From assembly GCA_025357895.1 (NCBI GenBank), contig JANYLL010000084.1:1-35031 (forward strand): a stretch of 35,031 nt of DNA. Reading direction: 5' to 3'. The stretch is from Ignavibacteriota bacterium (GTDB lineage: Bacteria; Bacteroidota; Ignavibacteria; Palsa-1295). A program made the position numbers and the translations under genes. The notes beneath the pieces are model-generated. The model did not search any database and was not told where the DNA came from. It saw nothing but the letters and a program-made list of their open reading frames with translations. Below are positions 18,476 to 26,963 of the stretch, in pieces (positions within the stretch are counted from its first letter, which is position 1; every line of letters starts with the position of its first letter).

Positions 18476-19435
18476 ATGAAAAGTCGTCATCGCGACCTTG
18501 TACTCATCACCGGTGTCCACGGTTTTCTTGGGCAGCATGTGCTTCGTACGTTTCTTGATGAAACACATTGCGACCTTATCGTTACTTCCCGTAATGAAAA
18601 ATTGCAGTTCACAGATGTTGCCGATGAGCCTCGTCTTCTTGCTTACCATAAACTTGATGTAACTGATCGCGCCTCAGTAAAAGATACTATTGGATTATTC
18701 AAGCCCGACGTGATCGTTAATTGTGCTGCAATGGTCAATGTTGATCTTGCTGAACATGAACGTGAATTAGCATGGAAAACAAATGTCAAGTCTGTAGAAC
18801 ATATCATTGAAGCAGCACGAAAAACCGATGGGCGGGTTGTTCATGTTTCATCAGATTATATTTTTGACGGGTCGAAAACTCCGTATGCTGAAAATGCGTC
18901 ACCGAGTCCTCTCAATTATTATGGCAGAACAAAACTTGCGAGTGAAAATGCTTTGCGAAGTTCAGGCGTGAATTATTGCATCATCCGCGCTGCATTTTTT
19001 TACGGAATTGAAGTTCAAAAAAAACCGAGCTTTGCTTTTAATGTCATCAAAAATTTAATTAACGACGAAACTTTCGAAGCGTTCGATGATCTTTTTGCTC
19101 CTCCCACATTGATCGATGATGTTGCTCTTGGTGTGGTTCGTGCAACTGAATATAATAAAAATGGAATATATCATATCGCTGGACCTGAAATGATCTCGCG
19201 TTATGAATTCGCTAAACGCATTGCAACCACGCTCCGTCTGAATCCTGAACTCATCATTCCAATTCCTTTCTCTGTAACGGATACTCGCGCTGAGCGTCCG
19301 CGGCATTCTTCCTTTATTACCTTAAAAGCACAAACCGAACTCGGTCTTCGCATCACCGGTATTGACGAAGGCTTACATGTTATGGTCAGAGGAATCCATG
19401 ACATGGAAGATGCAAGACAGATTGTGTATCAATAA
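18476..19435 (+). CDS. dTDP-4-dehydrorhamnose reductase (RmlD)-like NAD(P)-dependent sugar reductase/epimerase
   Basis: 319 aa. It has the Rossmann motif ITGVHGFLGQH, then KPDVIVNCAAMVNVDLAE, VHVSSDYIFDG and the catalytic YGRTK (YxxxK). Confidence 0.8.
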   Translation: MKSRHRDLVLITGVHGFLGQHVLRTFLDETHCDLIVTSRNEKLQFTDVADEPRLLAYHKLDVTDRASVKDTIGLFKPDVIVNCAAMVNVDLAEHERELAWKTNVKSVEHIIEAARKTDGRVVHVSSDYIFDGSKTPYAENASPSPLNYYGRTKLASENALRSSGVNYCIIRAAFFYGIEVQKKPSFAFNVIKNLINDETFEAFDDLFAPPTLIDDVALGVVRATEYNKNGIYHIAGPEMISRYEFAKRIATTLRLNPELIIPIPFSVTDTRAERPRHSSFITLKAQTELGLRITGIDEGLHVMVRGIHDMEDARQIVYQ

Positions 19436-19524
19436 ATTTTGCACATATTGATTAAATTAATTCCCAAAATTTAAAAAAAGGTTCTCACCTGAAATCGAAT
19501 CAGGAAATTCCTGCTTGACATCTT

Positions 19525-20748
19525 CTATTCCTTCACAAACCGAATTGTCGATGCGTCATTTCGTATAAGATAAACACCAGATGGGTAATTTCTGATATTA
19601 ATAGCAATTTCATTGTTAAAAAAAGAATTGGCATTATTATAGATAATTCTTCCAAGAAAGTCGAAGATTTTGATATGACCAGAGACGTTTCGAACTGTAA
19701 CTGAGCTAGTCGCTGGATTTGGAGTGATTGAAAGTGAAGTACTCTTTTGTTCAGATGAAACAGTATTTATCGCTCCCGGTGTCAATACTTCTACATCATT
19801 CGTCGAATGATGTGGTCTGTAGCCGCCAAAGGTATAGAACAATCCGTTGTATACTTCCCCATTCAGACCAATTCTACTTGTAAATTCCCCGGAATAATGA
19901 GACGTTGTCCATGTCTTTGTCGCTGGATCAAAAATTTGCTGTTCAGTTGTATCCGGGTGGTTTAACCATTCGATCGGAAATGCAGAGCCACCTCCACCCA
20001 CGACATAGATTTTTCCACCGATGACTCCACTTGTGTGGAAACCTCTTCCTGTAAATATGTCAGAAACTATATGGTCTATGAATGTGGACGTCGTTGGATC
20101 GAATATCTGAACAGTACTTAAAAGGCTAACTGCGTCTTGTCCACCAATCAAATAGATTTTACCATCGATAACGTTCGAGCTCATACCTATCAGAGGAGTA
20201 TATTGCCCTGTCGTTTTAATGCCGCTCCAAGTATTTGAAGCAAGGTCAAATACTTCAATTGTATCAACTGCAGGAGCGCCGAAGCCACCAGAGCTACCTC
20301 CAAAAAGGTAGATACGACCATTTACTTCTGCACAAGTACTATTATCACGCGGTGTATAATGTCCAATCGTGGGTAGAGTCATCAAAGTTTTCGCCCGAGG
20401 GTCAACGATGACAATCTCCGTGTTCGTTTGGTTTTTATGATATCCTCCTATAAGATAGATTTTATTCCCAGCTGTGCAGTAAGCCATCTCAGAGTATGAG
20501 CTATCATCACCGACAAAGACTGGCGAGCTCCAGAGTTCTTTGACAGGATCAAAGCACTGTATTTGTGCTGTAGACTCGTCACCACCGATGAGATAGATTT
20601 TATCGTCGACGATTCCTGATGCTGCGTGATATCGAGCGTTAAAACCCGTTGCTATGTCTCGCGTCCAAACGCCCTGAGATAATATTATGTTTGGCGCAAC
20701 GAGCGCAATGAAGAATAATGCAATTCCGGAGTATGCCTTATTGTACAT
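19525..20748 (-). CDS. Secreted Kelch-repeat beta-propeller protein with a T9SS C-terminal sorting domain
   Basis: Six Kelch-type motifs are present (KIYLIGG x3, RIYLFGG, KIYVVGG, LFYTFGG). The signal peptide begins at MYNKAYSGIALFFIALVAPNIILSQ. The CTD is ITPNPATSSVTV...IKIFDFLGRII...SGVYLI. I placed the start at 20748 because the longer ORF-track start (20823) runs through the fusA terminator hairpin. Confidence 0.8.
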   Translation of the reverse strand: MYNKAYSGIALFFIALVAPNIILSQGVWTRDIATGFNARYHAASGIVDDKIYLIGGDESTAQIQCFDPVKELWSSPVFVGDDSSYSEMAYCTAGNKIYLIGGYHKNQTNTEIVIVDPRAKTLMTLPTIGHYTPRDNSTCAEVNGRIYLFGGSSGGFGAPAVDTIEVFDLASNTWSGIKTTGQYTPLIGMSSNVIDGKIYLIGGQDAVSLLSTVQIFDPTTSTFIDHIVSDIFTGRGFHTSGVIGGKIYVVGGGGSAFPIEWLNHPDTTEQQIFDPATKTWTTSHYSGEFTSRIGLNGEVYNGLFYTFGGYRPHHSTNDVEVLTPGAINTVSSEQKSTSLSITPNPATSSVTVRNVSGHIKIFDFLGRIIYNNANSFFNNEIAINIRNYPSGVYLIRNDASTIRFVKE

Positions 20749-20802
20749 AGTAACTACGGAACGCTGAAATGAAGGAGGTAATTCCGAGTAAGAACCACAA
20801 CC

Positions 20803-20834
20803 AAAATATAAAAAAGGGCACATGCAATGTGCCC
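20803..20834 (-). terminator. Rho-independent terminator of fusA
   Basis: The minus strand is GGGCACAT-TGC-ATGTGCCC, a perfect 8-bp GC-rich stem. It is followed directly by TTTTTTATATTTT and lies 32 nt after the fusA TAA. Confidence 0.7.
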
Positions 20835-20866
20835 CTACGATTCGTAATTTTAATTAGTAATTATCT

Positions 20867-22963
20867 TTACGCAGCCACAGCTTTCCCCTTCTGCATTTCG
20901 ATGATCTGCTCCTGAACTGATTTCGGAGCGTCTTCGTAGCGGGCAAATTGCATCGAATAGATGGCGCGTCCCTGTGTCATCGAGCGAAGCGTTGTTGCAT
21001 AGCCGAACATATCCGATAACGGAACGCTGGCTTTGATGATCTGTGCATCGTTACGCGAGATCATACCTTCGATCTTGCCGCGGCGCGATGACAAGTCACC
21101 CATGACATCACCCATGTAATCTTCAGGTGTAATGACTTCAACATCCATGATCGGCTCAAGCAGAACAGGCGTTGCTTTTCTGCAGGCTTCCTTAAATGCC
21201 ATCGAACCTGCGATCTTAAATGCCATTTCATTCGAATCAACTTCATGGAAGCTTCCGTCGAATAAACGCACTTTAATATCTTCAACAGGATATCCTGCAA
21301 GCACACCGGTTTTCATAGCTTCCTGAATACCTGCGCTGACCGGCTGAATATATTCTTTCGGCACCGTACCACCGACGATGTCATTAATAAATTCATAACC
21401 CTTTCCTGATTCATTCGGCTCGACATCGATCCAAACGTGACCGAACTGTCCGCGTCCGCCGGATTGGCGAACGAACTTACCTTCCTGTGTAACCTTTTTC
21501 TTGATTGATTCTTTGTAAGCTACCTGTGGCTTGCCGACATTTGCTTCGATCTTGAACTCGCGTCTCATGCGGTCAACGAGAATTTCAAGATGCAATTCGC
21601 CCATTCCCGATAGAATGGTCTGTCCTGTTTCTTCGTCAGTCTTGACTCGGAAGGTCGGATCTTCATCGGAAAGTTTTTGTAACGCTTCGCCCATCTTTTC
21701 CGAATCTGCTTTTGTCTTAGGCTCAACTGCCAAAGAGATAACAGGCTCAGGAAAGATCATGCGCTCTAAAATTATCGGATCGTCTTCGTCGCAAAGCGTA
21801 TCGCCCGTGCGAGTTTGCTTCAAACCAACGGCTGCGCAAATATCACCTGTATATGCCTGCTCAACATCTTCACGGTGATTAGCATGCATACGCAAAATGC
21901 GGCCGATACGTTCTTTCCTTCCTGAAACAGTATTGAGCACATACGAACCCGCTTTCAGAGTACCTGAATAGACGCGGAAGAATGTAAGTTTTCCAACAAA
22001 AGGATCGGACATGATCTTGAACGCAATAGCTGCAAACTTCTCATCGTCACGCGGTTCGCGTTTGATATGGTCGGTAAGATTGAGATGATGACCTTCGACA
22101 GCACCAACATCTACAGGGCTTGGAAGGTAATCCACGACGGCATCAAGAAGCTGCTGAACTCCTTTATTCTTGAATGCAGATCCGCAAAGCACAGGAATGA
22201 TGCGGCTTTCGATCGTTGCCTGACGAAGAACTTTCATAACTTCTTCAGGAGTGATATCTTCACCTTCAAGATATTTCATCAGAAGTGAGTCATCAACTTC
22301 TGCAACAGCTTCAAATAATTTCGTGCGCCACTCTTTTGTGATCTCTTTTAAGCTTTCAGGAATTTCCTGAATATCAAAATTCTTGCCAAGTGTAGAATCG
22401 TTGTTATAGATCATTGCCTTATTTGCGACAAGATCAATAACTCCGGCATAAATATCCCCCTGTCCGATCGGAAGATTGATCGGAATAGGGTTAGCGCCTA
22501 AACGCTCTTTGATCATTTTAATGACATGATAGAAATCTGCGCCCGTGCGATCCATCTTATTGACGAATGCAATGCGAGGGACTTCGTATTTATTTGCCTG
22601 ACGCCAAACAGTTTCTGACTGTGGCTCGACTCCGCCAACGGCGCAAAAAAGCGCAACAGCTCCATCAAGCACGCGAAGTGAACGCTCAACCTCAACGGTA
22701 AAATCAACGTGACCGGGAGTATCGATGATCTGGATCTGATGCTCACGCCAATCGCAGGTCGTAGCAGCGGATGTAATAGTGATACCGCGCTCTTTTTCCT
22801 GCTCCATCCAGTCCATAGTAGCACCGCCTTCATGAACTTCGCCCATGCGGTGAACAACGCCTGTATAAAAGAGAATGCGCTCGGTCGTTGTTGTTTTTCC
22901 GGCGTCGATATGCGCCATAATACCGATATTGCGCGTTTTATCTAATGTGAATTTGCGTGCCAT
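20867..22963 (-). CDS. fusA: Translation elongation factor G
   Basis: 698 aa. The motifs are [20 protein letters not shown] (G1), DTPGHVDFT (G3), NKMDR (G4), SAFKNKGVQ (G5) and the domain IV tip [10 protein letters not shown]. Confidence 0.93.
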   Translation of the reverse strand: MARKFTLDKTRNIGIMAHIDAGKTTTTERILFYTGVVHRMGEVHEGGATMDWMEQEKERGITITSAATTCDWREHQIQIIDTPGHVDFTVEVERSLRVLDGAVALFCAVGGVEPQSETVWRQANKYEVPRIAFVNKMDRTGADFYHVIKMIKERLGANPIPINLPIGQGDIYAGVIDLVANKAMIYNNDSTLGKNFDIQEIPESLKEITKEWRTKLFEAVAEVDDSLLMKYLEGEDITPEEVMKVLRQATIESRIIPVLCGSAFKNKGVQQLLDAVVDYLPSPVDVGAVEGHHLNLTDHIKREPRDDEKFAAIAFKIMSDPFVGKLTFFRVYSGTLKAGSYVLNTVSGRKERIGRILRMHANHREDVEQAYTGDICAAVGLKQTRTGDTLCDEDDPIILERMIFPEPVISLAVEPKTKADSEKMGEALQKLSDEDPTFRVKTDEETGQTILSGMGELHLEILVDRMRREFKIEANVGKPQVAYKESIKKKVTQEGKFVRQSGGRGQFGHVWIDVEPNESGKGYEFINDIVGGTVPKEYIQPVSAGIQEAMKTGVLAGYPVEDIKVRLFDGSFHEVDSNEMAFKIAGSMAFKEACRKATPVLLEPIMDVEVITPEDYMGDVMGDLSSRRGKIEGMISRNDAQIIKASVPLSDMFGYATTLRSMTQGRAIYSMQFARYEDAPKSVQEQIIEMQKGKAVAA

Positions 22964-23015
22964 ACGAATCCTTGTCTTAAAATACCTTAAATTTGTACTG
23001 AATTATAACTTGATC

Positions 23016-23046
23016 TATATAAGAAAACGCCAAAGCTGGCGTTCTC
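23016..23046 (-). terminator. Terminator-like hairpin plus U-rich tail on the minus strand, in the fusA upstream region; function unclear
   Basis: The minus strand is GAGAACGCCA-GCTT-TGGCGTTTTC: a 7-bp perfect core extendable to 10 bp with one mismatch. It runs into TTTTCTTATATA. No minus-strand gene lies upstream of it. Confidence 0.3.
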
Positions 23047-23085
23047 CAAAGCTTGTTTTATAGCCTGTTATAAACGATAAAGGTA

Positions 23086-23093
23086 TATTTTTG
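23086..23093 (+). promoter_or_regulatory. Candidate TAnnTTTG -7 element upstream of the 307-aa/DUF421 gene pair
   Basis: TATTTTTG lies 81 nt before the ATG at 23175. Motif match only. Confidence 0.25.
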
Positions 23094-23174
23094 GTTCAAA
23101 TTCTAGGGAAAATTTCTTGAACATATCAATAAATATCCCTGTTTGCCTACAAATTGATTTCCAATCCATTTATT

Positions 23175-24077
23175 ATGAAAAAATTCTTTCTGTTTTTTAG
23201 TAATCTTCTATTTATTGCTGCCAATCTCCACGCTCAATCTGCCCTGCCAGACACAGAAAAAATTAAGGCTATGACAACTCAGCTCAATGCTGCGATGCAA
23301 GCACAAGATTACAAAACTTCCGCTTCGATCGGCAAACAACTTATTGGTATTGGCATGAATGGCAACGATATCTATTTTGCCGAGGCTGCCGCATTGGGAC
23401 TTTCAGGTGATAAGACAGGCGCAGTTCTGTATTTCGATACTGCCGCATCCAAGGGTTTCAATAATGCCAATAATTGGCAGATGTTCACCGCGATGCTCGG
23501 CATTTCAAACGATCCGGTTATAACGAAGGATGGAGAGATCGTCAAAAAAAACAGCGAGAAAAATTCTTCCGTTGAAGCCAAGGATGTCAATCCAGAATTA
23601 CATAAACTTTATCTTGCGGATCAGAATGAGCGTACCGGAATATTTTCATCGAAGGGTCTGGATACGGTAAAAGTACTTCAACTAGTACATAACGATAGCC
23701 TGCGCAACAAACAAACGTATGCGTTATTAAAGAACAACTCTCTCAAAACCGCCCGAGATTTCGAAGAAGCAGGATTAATATTACAACATGGACATGATAC
23801 GAGCGATTACTGGACAGGACATCAACTGGCGCTTGCCTCGATAAAACTTGGCAACAATGGCGCCAAATGGCTTGCCGCCGCAACGCTCGACCGCTATTTT
23901 GTTGCCCAGCATAAACCTCAGAAATATGGGACGCAAAGTTTTTTTAATGAAAAGACAGACAAGCTAGAACTCTATGCAGTTGATCCCGCAGTAACCGACG
24001 CCGAACGCGCCGAATGGAACTGCCCACCACTTGCTCATGCTCTCGATGCAGCGAGTGCAGTTTATGATAAGAAATGA
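23175..24077 (+). CDS. Hypothetical secreted protein
   Basis: The signal peptide is MKKFFLFFSNLLFIAANLHAQ (ATG at 23175; the ORF track starts at TTG 23154). The mature protein looks helical. No family was recognised with confidence. The stop overlaps the next start (ATGA). Confidence 0.6.
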   Translation: MKKFFLFFSNLLFIAANLHAQSALPDTEKIKAMTTQLNAAMQAQDYKTSASIGKQLIGIGMNGNDIYFAEAAALGLSGDKTGAVLYFDTAASKGFNNANNWQMFTAMLGISNDPVITKDGEIVKKNSEKNSSVEAKDVNPELHKLYLADQNERTGIFSSKGLDTVKVLQLVHNDSLRNKQTYALLKNNSLKTARDFEEAGLILQHGHDTSDYWTGHQLALASIKLGNNGAKWLAAATLDRYFVAQHKPQKYGTQSFFNEKTDKLELYAVDPAVTDAERAEWNCPPLAHALDAASAVYDKK

Positions 24078-24622
24078 TTCTGCCTATGCTTGGCGATTAC
24101 CATCAATTCCCGGAAATAATACTGCGATCCGTCGTTGTCTATCTTGTCATTCTCGGAGCTTTCAGACTTGCAGGAAAGCGGCATATATCACAGCTTTCGC
24201 TGATTGATTTTGCACTGATCTTACTTATCTCAAACGCTGTTCAGAATGCAATGGTGGGTACAGACTCATCGCTTGGCGGAGGAATAGTTGCTGCCTTTTC
24301 ACTTCTTGCAGTAAATCTTATACTTTCGCGATTTATTTTTAAGAATAAATCATCACGTGAGTTTTTAGTAGGCGAACCAAAATTGCTTGTACGCAACAGT
24401 CAGGTAATTACATCCACAATGGATCATGAAGAGTTATCCGAAGATGATCTCAATGAAGCAATTCGCGAACACGGTTTTGCATCATTGAAAGAAGTACGAA
24501 CGGCGATTTTAGAATTAGATGGTTCAATTTCAATAATCCCCTACCCGCAAGACGGAGAACATATCGAGCACCATCTTGCGCCGATCATGAGGAAAAGACG
24601 GGGAAAGAAGAGGATGCTTTAA
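24074..24622 (+). CDS. DUF421 (YetF-like) membrane protein
   Basis: 182 aa. The N-terminal TM helices carry RLAGKRHISQLSLIDFALILLISNAVQNAM. The C-terminal ELSEDDLNEAIREHGFASLKEVRTAILELDGSISII is typical of the YetF/DUF421 family. Confidence 0.75.
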   Translation: MILPMLGDYHQFPEIILRSVVVYLVILGAFRLAGKRHISQLSLIDFALILLISNAVQNAMVGTDSSLGGGIVAAFSLLAVNLILSRFIFKNKSSREFLVGEPKLLVRNSQVITSTMDHEELSEDDLNEAIREHGFASLKEVRTAILELDGSISIIPYPQDGEHIEHHLAPIMRKRRGKKRML

Positions 24623-24632
24623 GGGTTAGTAG

Positions 24633-24685
24633 AACGGACATTCCTGTCCGTTAGGGGAAGTGACTGACGGATAAGAATGTCCGTC
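24633..24685. repeat. Two adjacent hairpins sharing the same arm sequence (ACGGA.A / TGTCCGT) between convergent genes
   Basis: 24633-24652 is AACGGACA-TTCC-TGTCCGTT, a perfect 8-bp stem. 24666-24685 is GACGGA-TAAGAATG-TCCGTC, a 6-bp stem. Neither has a U-tract on either strand. Confidence 0.5.
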
Positions 24686-24698
24686 CCACCGATCAAAT

Positions 24699-26963
24699 CT
24701 ATTGTATGTCGACACTTACCTTATCTGATAGCAGAGACTCTCCTCCGCTCTTCATCATCACCTTTATCGCATAAGAGGCTTTTTTAGATTTATAAAGCGA
24801 TGCATCACTGAATTTCATTTCGGATTTTGCAGTCGATTGATATTTTGAAATAGGTGCTCCATCTAAAGAACGATATATGACGAACCAATAATCTTCGTTT
24901 GATCCAGGATAAGTCCATGTCATGTTCACAGATTTTTTTGTAGGATCATATATCGCGGTAATATTAGATACTCCGGGTCTGACTCCGTTATCATAAGGTT
25001 TTCCGTGAACTGCATACGGGGAGAATGAATGATTGCCCGTTGTATCAAATGCTTCAAGCTGGTATTCATAATCGGTATTCTTTTTCACCATCGTATCGGT
25101 ATAACTTTCAACGTCAGCTTTGAAGGTCATAATTTCTTTCCAGTCGTCATTCTTCCCTATCCGTCGGTTCAACATATATTTCGCAATATCCTCGCTTGAG
25201 CTTTTTGCCCAATAGAGATGAATGGAATTGTCGGTTACTTTTACATCAGTGAATACAGGCGGTACAGGCGGAATTTTATCAGGCCGTTTGATCGCAAGTA
25301 TAGGAGAAAGATCGGAGTTGGCGTAGGACTTCTTAACCGCAGCAATCTTATAATATGCATAGGGCGTCAGCGTTTCTACTGAAGCAGTGTCAGTATACGA
25401 AGTATCCTGAATTGGATCTCCGTTGCGCGGCGTGAATTCATGTGAAGGATCATTCGCAAAAAATAATCGGTAGCCGAGAAGTGACCTTTCCATTCCGAGA
25501 TTCCAATGCAGACGAACTACTCCGTTCGTATCCATCGTCCCTGCAAAACCTGTTGGTATAGAAGGTGGGAATGTATCAACATACGGAGCATACACAGGCA
25601 GCGACTGTGCAACATTACCTGCCGTATCAACCGATGCAACAATATAATATGGTTCATCAAGCGCAGTATTTGCGTCGGTGAATGTCCGTAGAGTTTTCGG
25701 AAGCAATTGTTTTTTCAATTCTTCCTCAATCCGGCTCGAATCTAATTTTGAAAGATCGAATAATGGGTGAAAGCCATACATCGAGTTAAAACTTCGAAGG
25801 ATAATAAATCCCGCGAGATCACCTGTCGTATCTGCTATATCCCAATCAAGTTTTAAGGATGTAGTCGTAACTTCCGTTGGCGGTTTTACGAACGGACGTG
25901 CAGGAGGAGTAAGATCACGAGCATACGATTCTATTTCTGCATATTCACTTGTCTCGGCGAACGGAGTAATACCTGCGATACGGTATTTATAGACTTTATA
26001 ATTTACTGCATTGGTATCGGTATAAGAAGGGGCTTCTTCCTTGATCCCTTTTGGTGAAGAAAAAATAGTATAGGGATCTTTATTCATCGGATAGTAATGT
26101 TTTCCGCCATCCTCTGAACGGTCAAGATAATACCCTGAAAATTGAGTAATGCTCGGAGTTTTCCAGCGAAGCGTAACTTTCTTTTCACCAGGCTCTGCTG
26201 ATATATCGATCGGCGCCTGAGCTTTTCCGGGATCACTTGCATCGGCAAATGCATATCCATCATCGATCTTATAAAGACTATCTTTCGCAGCAAGATAAAT
26301 CCTATATGCATACTGCTTCCCTTTCTCAACTGATTTATCTACATATCGCAGACCAAGTCCTTCGGCACTGACGACATCAAAATCTGCAGAAAGGAGCGAA
26401 AAGCCGAATCTGCCGTTTAATTCATCAATTGCATTTCGAATTTGATTAGCACTTTCAGATCCGACATCAGTAGTTTGTGTAAATCTTTTTCCGTACAACG
26501 CTTGCGCTGATATTGCCGCAAATTTATTTCTGTCCTTTACCTGCTCTTTCCACACTGCTTCCGTCCATGGTTTTATGGGAGAAGCAGTAAGTTTTTTCTT
26601 CGACGCTTTGTTTATCGTGCCGTCTTTACTATAGGTGTATCGTTCAATCGAATACCCTATTCGGTTGGCAGTAATCCAGCCACCCGGTTTTGAGGGAGCC
26701 CACCGTAAAATAATTGAATCGTTGTATGATCTGGAAAATGCTTTAATACTTGCCCGATTTGGAACGCGATCAGAAGTATCTTGGCGAAGAGTTTCATTTT
26801 TCAAACGCTTCAGCGCAGTCGAATCCCCATGCTCAATAAGCGATTGAAAGATTTTCAGGCTATCTTCTGTAGGTGTAAGATCTTTCGCCTTTTTTTGAGC
26901 GAAAACATCGCTGCATAAAAAAGCGGTAATGAAGATGATAGTATAAAATATTCTTATCTTCAT
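24699..26963 (-). CDS. Secreted protein made of six fibronectin type III-like modules
   Basis: The signal peptide is MKIRIFYTIIFITAFLCSDVFAQ. Six modules each contain the pattern L-x-W ... (S/T)(Y/F)xD ... YxYx(I/V/L)xA, for example VTLRWK..SYTDT..YKYRIAG, VRLHWN..SYTDT..YYKIAAV and IHLYWA..SYTDT..YEYQLEAFD. The ATG overlaps the stop of the upstream gene (ATGA). Confidence 0.8.
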   Translation of the reverse strand: MKIRIFYTIIFITAFLCSDVFAQKKAKDLTPTEDSLKIFQSLIEHGDSTALKRLKNETLRQDTSDRVPNRASIKAFSRSYNDSIILRWAPSKPGGWITANRIGYSIERYTYSKDGTINKASKKKLTASPIKPWTEAVWKEQVKDRNKFAAISAQALYGKRFTQTTDVGSESANQIRNAIDELNGRFGFSLLSADFDVVSAEGLGLRYVDKSVEKGKQYAYRIYLAAKDSLYKIDDGYAFADASDPGKAQAPIDISAEPGEKKVTLRWKTPSITQFSGYYLDRSEDGGKHYYPMNKDPYTIFSSPKGIKEEAPSYTDTNAVNYKVYKYRIAGITPFAETSEYAEIESYARDLTPPARPFVKPPTEVTTTSLKLDWDIADTTGDLAGFIILRSFNSMYGFHPLFDLSKLDSSRIEEELKKQLLPKTLRTFTDANTALDEPYYIVASVDTAGNVAQSLPVYAPYVDTFPPSIPTGFAGTMDTNGVVRLHWNLGMERSLLGYRLFFANDPSHEFTPRNGDPIQDTSYTDTASVETLTPYAYYKIAAVKKSYANSDLSPILAIKRPDKIPPVPPVFTDVKVTDNSIHLYWAKSSSEDIAKYMLNRRIGKNDDWKEIMTFKADVESYTDTMVKKNTDYEYQLEAFDTTGNHSFSPYAVHGKPYDNGVRPGVSNITAIYDPTKKSVNMTWTYPGSNEDYWFVIYRSLDGAPISKYQSTAKSEMKFSDASLYKSKKASYAIKVMMKSGGESLLSDKVSVDIQ

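Noticed and set aside
18311-18649. 112-aa minus-strand ORF spanning the BNR gene end, the spacer and the RmlD-like gene start
   Set aside because: It overlaps two well-supported plus-strand genes and an AT-rich spacer. The translation has no features, so it is likely spurious.
20749-20823. 25-codon N-terminal extension of the Kelch protein (MCPFLYFGCGSYSELPPSFQRSVVT...)
   Set aside because: The extension overlaps the stem-loop and U-tract of the fusA terminator. The signal peptide starts cleanly at the internal Met (20748).
20867-22963. EF-G homologue as a Tet(M)/Tet(O)-type ribosomal protection protein
   Set aside because: The length (698 aa), the N-terminus [25 protein letters not shown] and the domain IV loop GGRGQFGHV are those of genuine EF-G. 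Ribosomal protection proteins are shorter and differ at the domain IV tip.
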